Source: Octopus sinensis (Eukaryota). Taken from it: a DNA stretch of 64,000 bases. Of this stretch, positions 12,896 to 23,977 are shown in pieces (position 1 is the first letter of the stretch; every line of letters begins with the position of its first letter). The stretch spans positions 13,144,001-13,208,000 of the forward strand of contig NC_043008.1 in the NCBI RefSeq assembly GCF_006345805.1. The letters are read 5' to 3'. Position numbers and translations under genes: made by a program. The notes below the pieces were generated by a model. The model worked only from the letters and a program-made list of their open reading frames with translations, did no database searches and was not told where the DNA came from.

Positions 12896-12959
12896 TAAAG
12901 GAATTTTGTTAACATCTTCGTTCGACTCCATTCTTTCATTTATTCATATATATATATAT

Positions 12960-13037
<78 letters not shown>

Positions 13038-13056
13038 GTTATATATATATATATAC

Positions 13057-13102
<46 letters not shown>

Positions 13103-13239
13103 GTATATATATATAAGTACATATATATATATATACATATATATATAAATATGTTCAAATACATATACATACATATACATATATATATAGATACATAAAT
13201 ATACATATATATATATATATATATACATATATATACGTT

Positions 13240-13271
<32 letters not shown>

Positions 13272-13296
13272 GTGTGTGTGTACATATATATATATA

Positions 13297-13342
<46 letters not shown>

Positions 13343-13900
13343 CGCGTGCACACATATATATACTAATACACTCACACATATGTATAAACGTATGTACATT
13401 TATGCTTGTTAGTTCGTGTACATCAGTGTTCATGTCTTTGGAGCGGTGGGGATGTCAGTGTAAATATATATCGTCTCTGCTTCCTGATAAACGGCTAAAA
13501 ACTAGTTTTTTGTCTAGATTTTCAATAATAATTTTAATTTGTAGACATGTTAGTAAATTACGTCAATAAATAAAAGATATGACTTTTTTCACGTGATTAA
13601 ACTTGTCACTCAAAACCCATTAACTTGTATTTTAATTGGAAAACATGAATAAAATTAGTTTTTGCGTAAATCACACATCAATTAATTAATGTATGGAATA
13701 ATAAAATGCTTACTGAGTTCAACATATATGTGTTTGTGTATGTGTGGGCGTATAAGTATATAGAAGATATTTTGAGAAATATTTAATGCTACTTTAAATT
13801 TCTATATTGATATCTAGATTATTATCAGAGTCAAAAAGTATATTCACCATATGTATATATATAAGTAAAAGTATTAATATTTATAGTTTTATGTATATTC

Positions 13901-13994
<94 letters not shown>

Positions 13995-14173
13995 GATATC
14001 AGCCGACATTGCAAAGATAATATGGAACTCGACTGAGGAAAGAAAACTGAGAATGATCTGTCCTTGATTGTTTTGTATCATCTATCTGGATGTTTTGCGT
14101 CCTTCTCCCATTTTGTATATATATATATATCGGCGTATGTACACTTTGGTCTCTGATATATGTGTATGTATAT

Positions 14174-14209
<36 letters not shown>

Positions 14210-14273
14210 CACACGCGCACATGCAAACATATGCACATGCGTGCAGAAGAACGTTTTTAAAATTAGTACTTAC

Positions 14274-14524
14274 GTAACTGACGTAAGCATGGTATGAAAT
14301 GATTTTAGTCTGTGCTTCAGGTATAACACACCTTACAACTTGAATTTTTATTCCCCTCTTTAGTATCTTTAGTTGTTTTACGATGAGTTCTGTGGTCACA
14401 GTCACCCTATCGAAATTCCTTTCATCTTCAGTATGTGAAGTAGTTTGTAAGTTACAATGTTAACCGATACTAGCGGAACCAGTAAATAGTTCACAGTATT
14501 AATGGTAACGCTATTGGGTTATTT
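14274..14524 (-). pseudogene. Ig-like (C-set type) pseudo-exon
   Basis: Bounded by tttcag acceptor and GTAAGT donor. Reads NP...TIYWFR* then, frameshifted, TEDERNFDRVTVTTELIVK...VVRCVIP; contains stops. Confidence 0.45.
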
Positions 14525-14659
14525 CTGAAAACTTTACCCAAAAACACCTGGAAACTGAGCCTGTGTTGTTTCTGTATGTAAAAATAGTCGCTCGTCTGCT
14601 ATCTCATTGAAAAGTGAAATATATTGTAATTAATTAATGACCCAAAGCCACCGTTTGTC

Positions 14660-15230
14660 ATGCTGAGCTACATCCATACTTCAAGAACCACACGGACGTG
14701 AAACTCAACCATTAGTTCACGTATATGATTCGGTAGTTTGTCTTTTTACGGCTGTATTAAAGTTATACCGGAGTAGTTTCATCTGATGATAACGTTGAAA
14801 TATGTCCATTTTAAAACTTATTATAGTCATTGTATATTTTAATAACTGAAATGTTTCTGTTGATGCAACTTCTACTGCAGTATAATGTAGATAAATTGTG
14901 AAGTTTTTCCCAGCCTTTTTACTCTGATATCCCTGTGGAGGCACATGGCCAAGTGGTTAGAGCAGCGGACTTTCGGTCGAGAGATCGCTTGTTCGAATCT
15001 CAGACCGGGGGATGTGCGTGTTTATGAGCGAAACACCTTAGCTCCACGCCACTCCGGCAGAAAGTAATGACGAACGTCTGCTGACTCTTTCGCCACAACT
15101 TTCTCTCGCTCTTTCCTCCTGCATCTTGCAGCTCACCTGTGACGGACCGGCGTCCCGTCCAGGTGGAGAACCTTATGACCCAGGCATGGTTCGAGAAGGA
15201 ACAAACAAAAAGTCTGATATCTCTAGGGTT
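14660..15230 (-). pseudogene. Ig-like pseudo-exon interrupted by a SINE
   Basis: AGKNFTIYL...TAVKRQTTESYT*TNG then TSVVLEV (frameshift); TGA lies at the expected D.G.Y.C cysteine. SINE 14935-15212 is inserted inside. Confidence 0.4.
14935..15212 (+). mobile_element. tRNA-derived SINE (family C head, different 3' module) with TSD
   Basis: A-box tggccaagtgg and B-box gttcgaatc; TSD tctgatatc(c/t)ct at 14923-14934 and 15213-15224. Confidence 0.85.
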
Positions 15231-15715
15231 CTAAAGTTCTTCATGATAAGTTTCAATTTAAACATATATTCTAGCATATTAAAACGTCTCCTTAAAACCA
15301 TATTATTCTAACTAGTAATAGGGATGTCCTTGGATTGCCACACATTCTTCGAAATGCACTCCCTTGCTTCTCAACACCGGCGAAGCAAATACGTTGCAAA
15401 TAGAAAGTATCAGTTATCAAAATAGTGCTTGGAGAAGCATATTAATGTCACTACAAAACCCATGAAAACTTCATCTGCAAAAAACGAAATCAATAAAAGT
15501 TTGCTTTTAATTAATAGGTGTTAACCATACCACATCATATTGTAAACTGTTCGTAATCACAAGTAGAATTATCTAAACGCTTCTAATTGGTAAAGCCCAA
15601 CTTAGGAATCGAGAAGAAAATGTTGAAGAAAGCGAAGTATCTTTCCTTGAATATCATACAAATAAATCTGAATAATTTCCCATTAGACCTGCATACCTTT
15701 ATATGCATTTATCGT

Positions 15716-16500
15716 GTTACTTCAGGACGAAAACTACTAAAAATTTTCTAATGATATAAAATATAACACTAAATAACTTTCATATTCCCAAATTAGAATC
15801 CAGAGCTAAAATGAAATTACATGGACCATCTAAAAATCCTCAATCCCATTCTACCCCAAGTGTCGCATAATCCCTACCTTTAAAATAGAAGCTGGTAATC
15901 GTATGAACATGCAATACACTATTAACGTTAATTTTAAATTTAGAACTTATAAAACTGGATCAAAGAAGCTGCAGTTCCCTCCTTAAATCAAATGTAGTAT
16001 TTAATATTTGTAGTCCCGGATGCTCACACAATAATTCATGTCTGTTTGACTAAACCCAAATATTTCTCTCTCTTTACATTGATTCACATGGACGCCATGA
16101 GAATCTTGAAACAATAACTTTTGCAATACCAATATTTGTACTGGTTGAAAAATGAATGTTACATTCTGTTGAGCAATGTCAGGTGAATCTATGACATAGA
16201 GTACAAGTCTGTTCATTCAACACACCGTTCGAAATTGCACAGCAATTCATAACATTCGTCTTTGGTTACGTAACTATCCCATACAAGTTAGATGACTGCG
16301 CTATACATGCACATATACGTATACATACATACATACATACATACATACCTACATACATACATATATATATATATATGACTGACTGGAATATTGATAGAAT
16401 TCGAGCATAATATATCATATCAACTTACAGATGATTAATTCCTAGATGTTATGGTAAATTTAAAGTCCAAACAATATCAAACACACCCACGAACTTTATC
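15716..16500 (+). mobile_element. Decayed Penelope-like element RT fragments
   Basis: LLQDENY* (15718), KLHGPSKNPQS (about 15815, like YGLPKIHK) and GILIEFEHN...FLDVMVNLKSKQYQ (16385-16480, like PLE FLDV.LNL motif), in the expected order. Confidence 0.5.
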
Positions 16501-16696
16501 TGCAAATCCAAGGACTATGCTGAGGAATATCTATACTAATAACATGTTGCATTACACTAAAACCACTCCATAGTTAATGTTACCTCCGAAATTTGGATTA
16601 CAACAAAGTGAAATTTTCAATATATTAGTCCAAATAACGATATCGCTTTACTGAGGATTAGAAACATTTCCTAGTCTGGTGATTCTATAGACTTAC

Positions 16697-16971
16697 AAAC
16701 TGTGTGTACACCTCCAACTGGTTCATATAAACTGCCTATCGATCCAGTAGGTTTCACAATGGAACCGCATGTTCAAAATCACGGGGAAGACACGGGTTTT
16801 ATCCTTTACACCAAAGAGTCCATTTCGAAAGAACGATATTCCTGAACCATCACGTAATCTCCCATTTAGCTAGGTTTAACTAGTGAGAATTGTCTTTGAT
16901 TGTTCGCTGCAGAAGCATCATTTCACTCACTTATATGCAATATGAACGAGGACGTGTAGCACTACACTTTT
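16697..16971 (-). pseudogene. Ig-like (C-set type) pseudo-exon
   Basis: gtttcag acceptor, GTAAGT donor. Reads CFCSEQSKTILTS*T*LNGR...RNGLFGVKDKTRVFPVILNMRFHCET; TAG near the expected conserved Trp; several stops. Confidence 0.5.
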
Positions 16972-18238
16972 CTGAAACTTAGAATAGTAATTAAGCAGAT
17001 AATTATGTACTTCTGAATATATTACATATGAATTTAGGAAAGTGGATCGACTTTTTGATAAAATATAACGATGTGTCATATCCATATATCGAAAGTATTG
17101 CAAATGGAAACCTATTTCGGGTTACATTCCACTTCTAGCGTTTTTCTATTCACGCAATATATGAATTTATTTATTCTTAATCTATATTAATATCAAACAC
17201 AATTTAATCCTCCCGAAATTACGAATCTGGAAACATTTCCAGTAATAAAGATTTTATCTCGCTTTATTGATAACATGTTTGCGAAATTTTGCGTTAATTA
17301 AAGTGTGTGAAATAAAAAACAAAAAACACCAAGAAATATTCATTAATGCCGATCAATAACAATAAACCACATTTGATATATGATATATTCACGTGGTTGT
17401 AAGATGATAGAGTCCGTAGAATGAAGGAGAAAACATCGTGTGGTTTGTGGACATGTCCTTTTAAATGCTGAATTCCTATCTTCCCGCTTAGATTTTGCCT
17501 TTCATCTACGCTTGATCAATAAAATAAGTAACAGTCGATAAAATAATATCGATTTGCAGTCCGTAGATAGAAGACTAGAGCGATAAATGTTTATCAGGTT
17601 TTACCTCTCCATTGTCTCACGAGATGAAAATGAAATATTTGATGCTGCCGTACTAAAACATGAAACAGATACAATGCATTTTGATATCCTTTCAGGAATC
17701 GTGTAAGCAATCCGTGAAATATCATTTATTAAATACATCTGATATATAGAATTATTGCCGGAAGATCTGCTTTTTCATTAACAACATTACAAACCACTAA
17801 AATAATTATTTAGAGTTCTCTTTTGCATGCCGCAAATGTTATTATATTACAACTACACAAACCATAATGGATATTCGACTTACGAGAAACAGTATTTAAA
17901 TCGCATTCAAATAATCATCAATGTGTCTTAAAAGGAAAAGGATGCATTATAACGAGCAGCCATAGACGTATTGTGCCTGCAAAAGGTAGGCTGATTTAAG
18001 GCTGAAACTTACTTGATCACAATGTTTTTTCTTGCTGACTCGTGTTAAAGCAACTTAAAAGTTTGAAAACAACTGAAGGGAAGAGCTTCTAGGTTGCTGC
18101 ATATAATACTAAAGAACAACACACCAAAAGCATGAACCTAAAATCCATATTTCTGTATGAGAAAAGAGGGTTGTTACTTCAGTATCTTTTGAACAGAGGA
18201 TCGCTGGAATTAAACTAGATTTGGGTGAAGCATAAAAA

Positions 18239-18383
18239 ACTGCGTGGCACCTTGGGCACGTGTCTTCTACTATAGCCTCGGCCCGACCAATTTCTTGTCC
18301 TTGGATTTGGTAGACGGAAACTGAAGAAGCCCGTCGTATTATGTATGTATGTATATATATATATTATATATATATATATATAT

Positions 18384-18428
<45 letters not shown>

Positions 18429-18947
18429 AAAGCAATAAGATTCAAGTGAGTTCTGTGAATTCACATGAATGAGGTACTTAATTTAAATGCACCAGAAATC
18501 TATATGGTATTAACCATAAGATAATGTGTGGTGATTACAAACAAAGAAAAAGCAACAAAAATGGATCAATATTTCGGTACAATTGTTTCGTACGAAGACC
18601 ACCTTTGCAGCCTTAATAAAGGTGGGCTTCGTACGAAACAATTGTACCGAAATATTGATCCTTTTTGTTGCTTTTTTCTTGTTTATATATGTTATATATA
18701 TATATATGTATATATATATGTATGTATGTATGCATGTAGTATGTATGTATGTGTGTATATGCTTGTGTGTCTGGCTTTGTCCCCCCAACATCGTGTGTTT
18801 ATGTCCACGTAACTTATCGGTTCAGCAAAAGAGACAGATAGAATAAGTACTAGGATTGCAAAGAATAAGTCCTGGGGTCGATTTGCTCGACTAAAGTTGG
18901 TGCTCCAGCGTGGCCACAGTCAAAAGACTGAAACAAGTAAAAGAGTA
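18239..18947 (+). mobile_element. SINE family B (5'-clipped) with nested insert in its internal microsatellite
   Basis: actgcgtggcaccttgggcacgtgtcttc...ggatttggtagacggaaactgaag; 3' module 18770-18947 ending gaaacaagtaaaagag. Confidence 0.85.
18426..18684. mobile_element. Fold-back element with hammerhead 3' halves
   Basis: Arms 18538-18606 and 18618-18684; each reads GAAA-CAATT-GTA (palindromic ACAATTGT) but lacks a clean CUGANGA. The extension is homologous to 41052-41195. Confidence 0.7.
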
Positions 18948-19252
18948 AGTCACATTATTTTGTATATGATTTACACTGAAACCCTGCGGCGCTACCATAG
19001 ACTAGTTAATGCAGATTATTGGATGAGAGAGAAATAATTCGGAAGAATATGTTTATAGCATTAAAATGTCTAAACGGAACCCGATTTATCACAGTTAACA
19101 AGATTATCGAGACGAGACGAGACGAAGTTTTCTGATGGAATTTTTGCAGCGGATGTTATTGTAGTCTAAAGCATATGAACACAATTGTGACTTAAGACCA
19201 AACCATAAATCACTGTCTCTTTTTACAACATTTGAATAATTTAAAAAGTGAT

Positions 19253-19520
19253 GGTGCATGGCGTGGTGGTTAGGGTATTGGACGCTTGATCGTAATGTCT
19301 TCAGTTCGATTCCTGACGGTGCATTTTGTCTTTAAGCAAAACATTTATTTCACGTTGCTCCATTTCACACAGGTGCCTAAAATGATTTGTGCCGATAATT
19401 CAAAGGGCTAGGCCTGTCACATCGTGCATCAGCTGAATCCATTTAAGAGCTAAATTAAGAGCACGTGTCTGTGGTATGCTCAGCCACTCCCATGTAAATT
19501 TCATAAGCAAGTTCTTCTTC
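19253..19520 (+). mobile_element. SINE family C2, degenerate
   Basis: tggcgtggtggttaggg...gttcgattcc head; ttatttcacgttgctcca middle; cacgtgtctgtggtatgctcagccact 3' module. Confidence 0.75.
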
Positions 19521-19935
19521 AAGCAAGATGTTATCACTAACATCTTTTCTACTCCATTATCTACAGAACATTATGATACTAGCTTCATCACAATTCTAAC
19601 TCAACCTCCTCTCTGCAGGTTACACTTTTATTAAATTTTTTCATTAATTATGAATACAAACCAACAAAGTTAGACTAGAAATATTATTGAATATAGTCCG
19701 TGGATAAGTGCATAAATCAGGTTTCACTGTTCTTAGGCGGCATTTAATTTTCAGATAGCACTGAAATTGTATTTGTCAATATGTACGAAACTATTTACGT
19801 TGGGCTCTGGAATGTTTAGGTTTTCAATATTAAAATCGAGTCTGAAAAATTGGATACCTGATCGAAATTTAAAGGTCGATTTCAATTATATATAAAGAAT
19901 ACAGTGGTTATTAGGTTGTGATATATAAACATATA

Positions 19936-20364
19936 GGCGCAGGAGTAGCTGTGTGGTAAGTAGCTTGTTTACCAACCACATGGTTCTGGGTTCAGTCCCA
20001 CTGCGTGGCACCTTGGGCAAGCGTCTTCTACTATAGCCTTGGGCCGACCAAAGCCTTGTGAGTGGATTTGGTAGACGGAAACTGAAAGAAGCCTGTCGTA
20101 TATATATATATTATATTTATATATATATATAATGCGTGTGTGTGTTGTGTCTCTGTGTTGTCCCCCTAGCATTGCTTGACAACCGATGCTGGTGTGTTTA
20201 TGTCCCCGTTACTTAGCGGTTCGGTTCGGCAAAAGAGACCGATAGATAGATTAAGTACTGGGCTTACAAAAGAATAAGTCCGGTGTCGAGTTGCTCGATT
20301 AAAGGCGGTGCTCCAGCATGGCCGCAGTCAAATGACTGAAACAAGTAAAAGATAGTAAAAGAGA
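19936..20364 (+). mobile_element. SINE family B, full length
   Basis: ggcgcaggagtagctgtgtggtaag...gggttcagtcccactgcgtggcaccttgggcaag, internal microsatellite, 3' tail gaaacaagtaaaagatagtaaaagag. Confidence 0.92.
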
Positions 20365-20384
20365 GTATACAGACACACACACAC

Positions 20385-20440
<56 letters not shown>

Positions 20441-20508
20441 ATATATATCTGTTGATGTTATAAAATTCAATTTTCCTTTGATACAAAGGTTGCGTTTTCA
20501 GGACTTAG

Positions 20509-20836
20509 CTATACTGATCCACGCGCCTCTCATTACCATCCAAGCCATACTGGAAAATGTGCTGCGTGTCTTTTCTTATTGTCTCTAAACGAATCCAAGA
20601 TCCAGGAATTTTTTTTCCTTGGGAATAAAGTCAACCAATCCGACGACGTAAGTCATTATTGTGCTAACCTTGTACACCATGTTTTCCAACCCAATATTGT
20701 TCGGGATCAGTTATCGAATGATCTAGCAGTACAAGACATGTGTGGGCTGTGCCTAACTTCATTATCTATATTTAGATTGAAAATGAATAGATCCTATTTT
20801 GAGGAGTTAATTCCAGCTGATTTAAACTGTATTTCT
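20509..20836 (-). pseudogene. Ig-like pseudo-exon
   Basis: Acceptor tctctattaaacag. Reads MSCTARSFDN*SRTILGW ... KKFLDLGFV*...KTRSTFSSMA; the donor appears mutated (CTAAGT). Confidence 0.38.
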
Positions 20837-20959
20837 CTGTTTAATAGAGACGAGCGAAATACAAATTTCTGCCTTTACAACATTGTTGAAAAGGGAGAAA
20901 GTATTATATTTCGCGTGTAAACCATCCTAGACGTGGTGATAATGAATACACACACATTC

Positions 20960-21165
20960 ATTGTAGGTCGATATGTAGACAGTGCAAATAACGATTTTTT
21001 TTTATCAGTTGGCAGATATGAGCACTGATTAGCAAAATATTTATTCAGTGAATGTATAATCAAAGCCGATGGTGGTCCAGAATGCCATTCGCTTCTGAGA
21101 ACACACTTTAACCATAAAAGGGAAATTTCTTGTCGAGAGCTAAACACTGCAGCGCCTAACCTATC
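20960..21165 (-). pseudogene. Ig-like pseudo-exon
   Basis: ORF 20875..21240: AVFSSRQEISLLWLK...SALIIHSLNKYFANQCSY matches the Ig pattern W.K ... S.L.I..L....(Y.C); cysteines lost or frameshifted. Confidence 0.42.
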
Positions 21166-21386
21166 TTGCATATAAATCAGCGTAGACGTGTTGCGAATAA
21201 GCGTGCAAATATGCCTATATCCATATATATATATGTTCATATATATTCATATATATATTCATATATGTATATACATATATATTCATATTCATATATTTAT
21301 ATATATCTATATACATATTCAGATTCATATATATATGTATATATATATTATATTCATATTCATATATATATGTATATACATATTAA

Positions 21387-21431
<45 letters not shown>

Positions 21432-21614
21432 TATAATATATATTATTATATTCATATATAAATATATATATATAACCTCACTTGTTAATACAAATTCGGT
21501 GTGTGTCGCCTTCCATTACTTAATGAATATGAAAATAATGTAAATGTATGGTAGATAACAAAAGGACATACCGCATACTGAATGCAAAACGAACGGGTGA
21601 CAAACAGAAGGTCC

Positions 21615-21694
21615 GTAATTCTTCATCAGTTATCGACCAATTGGTAATATTCAGCTTCGCACCTTTAACGATAAGACTGAGTGTTTGCCAACTC
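21615..21694 (-). ncRNA. Degenerate hammerhead-like motif in type II topology
   Basis: Minus strand (C)AAAC-actca-GTC-TTATCG...CGATAA-CTGATGA; perfect 6 bp stem I; G12 and stem II not intact. Confidence 0.45.
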
Positions 21695-23048
21695 AAATAT
21701 GTCCCCTTACATCTGTGCAACAACAACAACAACAACAGCAACATTTTGGATATTAGCTTTTTCCAAGTATACCTTTGCTATTACTCCCTGCTGTAACAGT
21801 AATGTAAAAAGAAACAAAACACAGTTTTGTATGAGTTCTTTGAAAATACACCCTTGAATGCAGATAAATAATTCTACTCTTCGTCATATCGAACTAAATT
21901 AAAGCACATGTTGGTATTATGATGCTGATGCTATAAAGATGTGTTAAGATATGTACGTGACTATATTGTTTATGAATTCGAAATCAATATTGGTGTATGT
22001 ATTACGCTTAATAAGTGACTGTGCATATTGGTATGGTATCTTTGTTCATGTAAGTCAGTGTCCATTGTTCCTGATTTATTTATCATTGTTACGAAAATAA
22101 TTTCGCGGTGTCTTTATTGCTTGAGATAATGTTTTAAGAGAGATATATGTTTGTTATGGCTTTCACGGATTATCTTTGAATTTTACCATCAAAGGAAATC
22201 TAGAACATATATTTAGCCCACAACAGATAAGAACTATTTTATGAAAAGATATATACAAACCACGAAATAAATATCCGTAATTTTCGTTCGTAGAATACAC
22301 ACGTTTAAGTAATACCAATTTTTGGTGACGATACAAAATAATAATTTGCACTTTATATATGCACACTCTAAAAAAATCTGAAAAAGAAATTAAATAACAC
22401 CGTTTTAAATATAGGGACCTTTTGCAACGAAAATAGGAACCTAAGTAGAAATTTACCCAGTCGCTATATCTCCTGCTAGATTTATGAAGAAGGGTTGTAA
22501 CTTTATGTGTGATTAATTCAACAACAATTCGGTTACATGTTATCTTCCTATATACAGTTGCGAATACAATAACTAAAATACTGTAATGCTTCATATTTAC
22601 ATATTAGTTGTGTTAAGCCTGAACAATATAAAGAACTAAAGACACATACTGAAATCTGTTTAGTAGCCCATAAAATTTCATGTAGATAACATTGTTATAA
22701 ATTACATAGAAGACTCTCTTTTATCTACTCAATAAATTGACAATTTTGAGATAAAGCGACAAACAGCGAACGGTATTCAGAGAGAATAACAGTGTAGAAA
22801 ATACGATATATAAACGCAAATTATCTACATTCATGCAAATATATACTTTCATTTATACTTATTACCACTTTTCTGCTCGCTTTCATTCGAAATATTTTCA
22901 GGATGATTCCTTCATAAAACATTCATAAAAAAACGTAACTACTAGTTAACCCATATTGGAAACATAAATACACACACACACACACACACATACACACACA
23001 CATACATACACACGCACACACAACACAGGTGCACACAGATACACTCAC

Positions 23049-23105
23049 ATACTTCTCTCCTTATACATATATATATGATAGAGAAGAGCGACAGACACGA
23101 TATAT
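23049..23105 (-). pseudogene. 57 bp phase 1-1 candidate exon, hydrophobic (signal-peptide-like)
   Basis: gtttcag acceptor, GTGAGT donor; ISCLSLFSIIYICIRREV; lies upstream of the Ig-like exons. Confidence 0.33.
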
Positions 23106-23398
23106 CTGAAACTGAACAGACATTCGTGTTTAAAATCTAGGGGATGCATGCATGAAACTACTCCAGGCGCCAATATCATGCCAGAAGCTGAAGTATTATT
23201 TGAATATGAATTGTCTGTGTTTCTGAAGAACATTGCAAAACATAAACAAGTTCTCCCTGCTGGCTACTTATATTGATCAGAATTTTTTTATAAATTCAAA
23301 ATAAGAATGATTCTACAGCACTATAGAAAAAGGTTATACATTTGATACCAGTGAAGAAGCTATCAATTACATCAGTAAATATTTGCAAAAAATATTCA

Positions 23399-23422
23399 GT
23401 GCCGTATCTCGAGATACGGCAC
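23399..23422. repeat. Perfect 24 bp palindrome
   Basis: gtgccgtatctc|gagatacggcac. Confidence 0.95.
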
Positions 23423-23622
23423 CGTTGCCAACAACTATTACAATGTTGGCTGTAGAATGGATTTACCTCAGTCATTCAAAATCCGAATGTAATTTCAAAA
23501 TTGAAACGAATAAACACTGAGCGAGTCAGGCCACGGAAAGTAGTAATGGGGTGCAAATATGACATAAGAGGGGAAAATAACCTATGGACTGATGTAGATG
23601 CCAAAAGGCTTTTATATAATGT

Positions 23623-23664
<42 letters not shown>

Positions 23665-23671
23665 TATAATA

Positions 23672-23914
23672 TTTATTTTATAGGAGCTTCTACTGGACTA
23701 GAACTGTTTCATTCAAATGAAATCATCAGGAAGCTAGGTGACAAGAGTAGTTTTGGCATTTATACATTTAGGCAGGCTTCCTGATGATTTCTTTTGAATG
23801 AAACAGTTCTAGTCCTGTAGAAGCTCCTTCTATAAAATAAATTAATTTACTCTGCCATGTATTGAGTACCTTATTTACTGTGGTTAACCCCGACTCCCAC
23901 TCAACCGGACCTAC
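23672..23914. mobile_element. Fold-back hammerhead-bearing element in (TA)n
   Basis: Arms about 23672-23734 and 23776-23840, 41 bp spacer; extension 23840-23914 is the reverse complement of 9274-9345. Confidence 0.85.
23776..23824 (+). ncRNA. Minimal type I hammerhead ribozyme (inverted copy at 23686-23734)
   Basis: GCTTC-CTGATGA-tTTCttttGAAt-GAAA-CAG-ttctagtc-CTG-TA-GAAGC: perfect stem I, 4 bp stem III, GUA triplet 23817-23819. Stem II is closed by a non-canonical U.U pair. Confidence 0.72.

Positions 23915-23977
<63 letters not shown>

Larger units (their letters stand above)
12131..12949. mobile_element. Fold-back element: about 170 bp inverted arms (12281-12449, 12781-12949), about 330 bp spacer, one-sided 150 bp extension, in (TA)n
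   Basis: Arms are near-identical reverse complements, each containing an intact hammerhead motif. (TA)n lies on both sides. Confidence 0.85.

Noticed and set aside
13476-13512. CTGATAA...AAACTAGTT hammerhead-like string
   Set aside because: Two core mismatches and no convincing stems I or II.
16648-16682. CTGAGGA-tta-GAAAC...GTC
   Set aside because: No stem II and weak stems I and III; likely chance.
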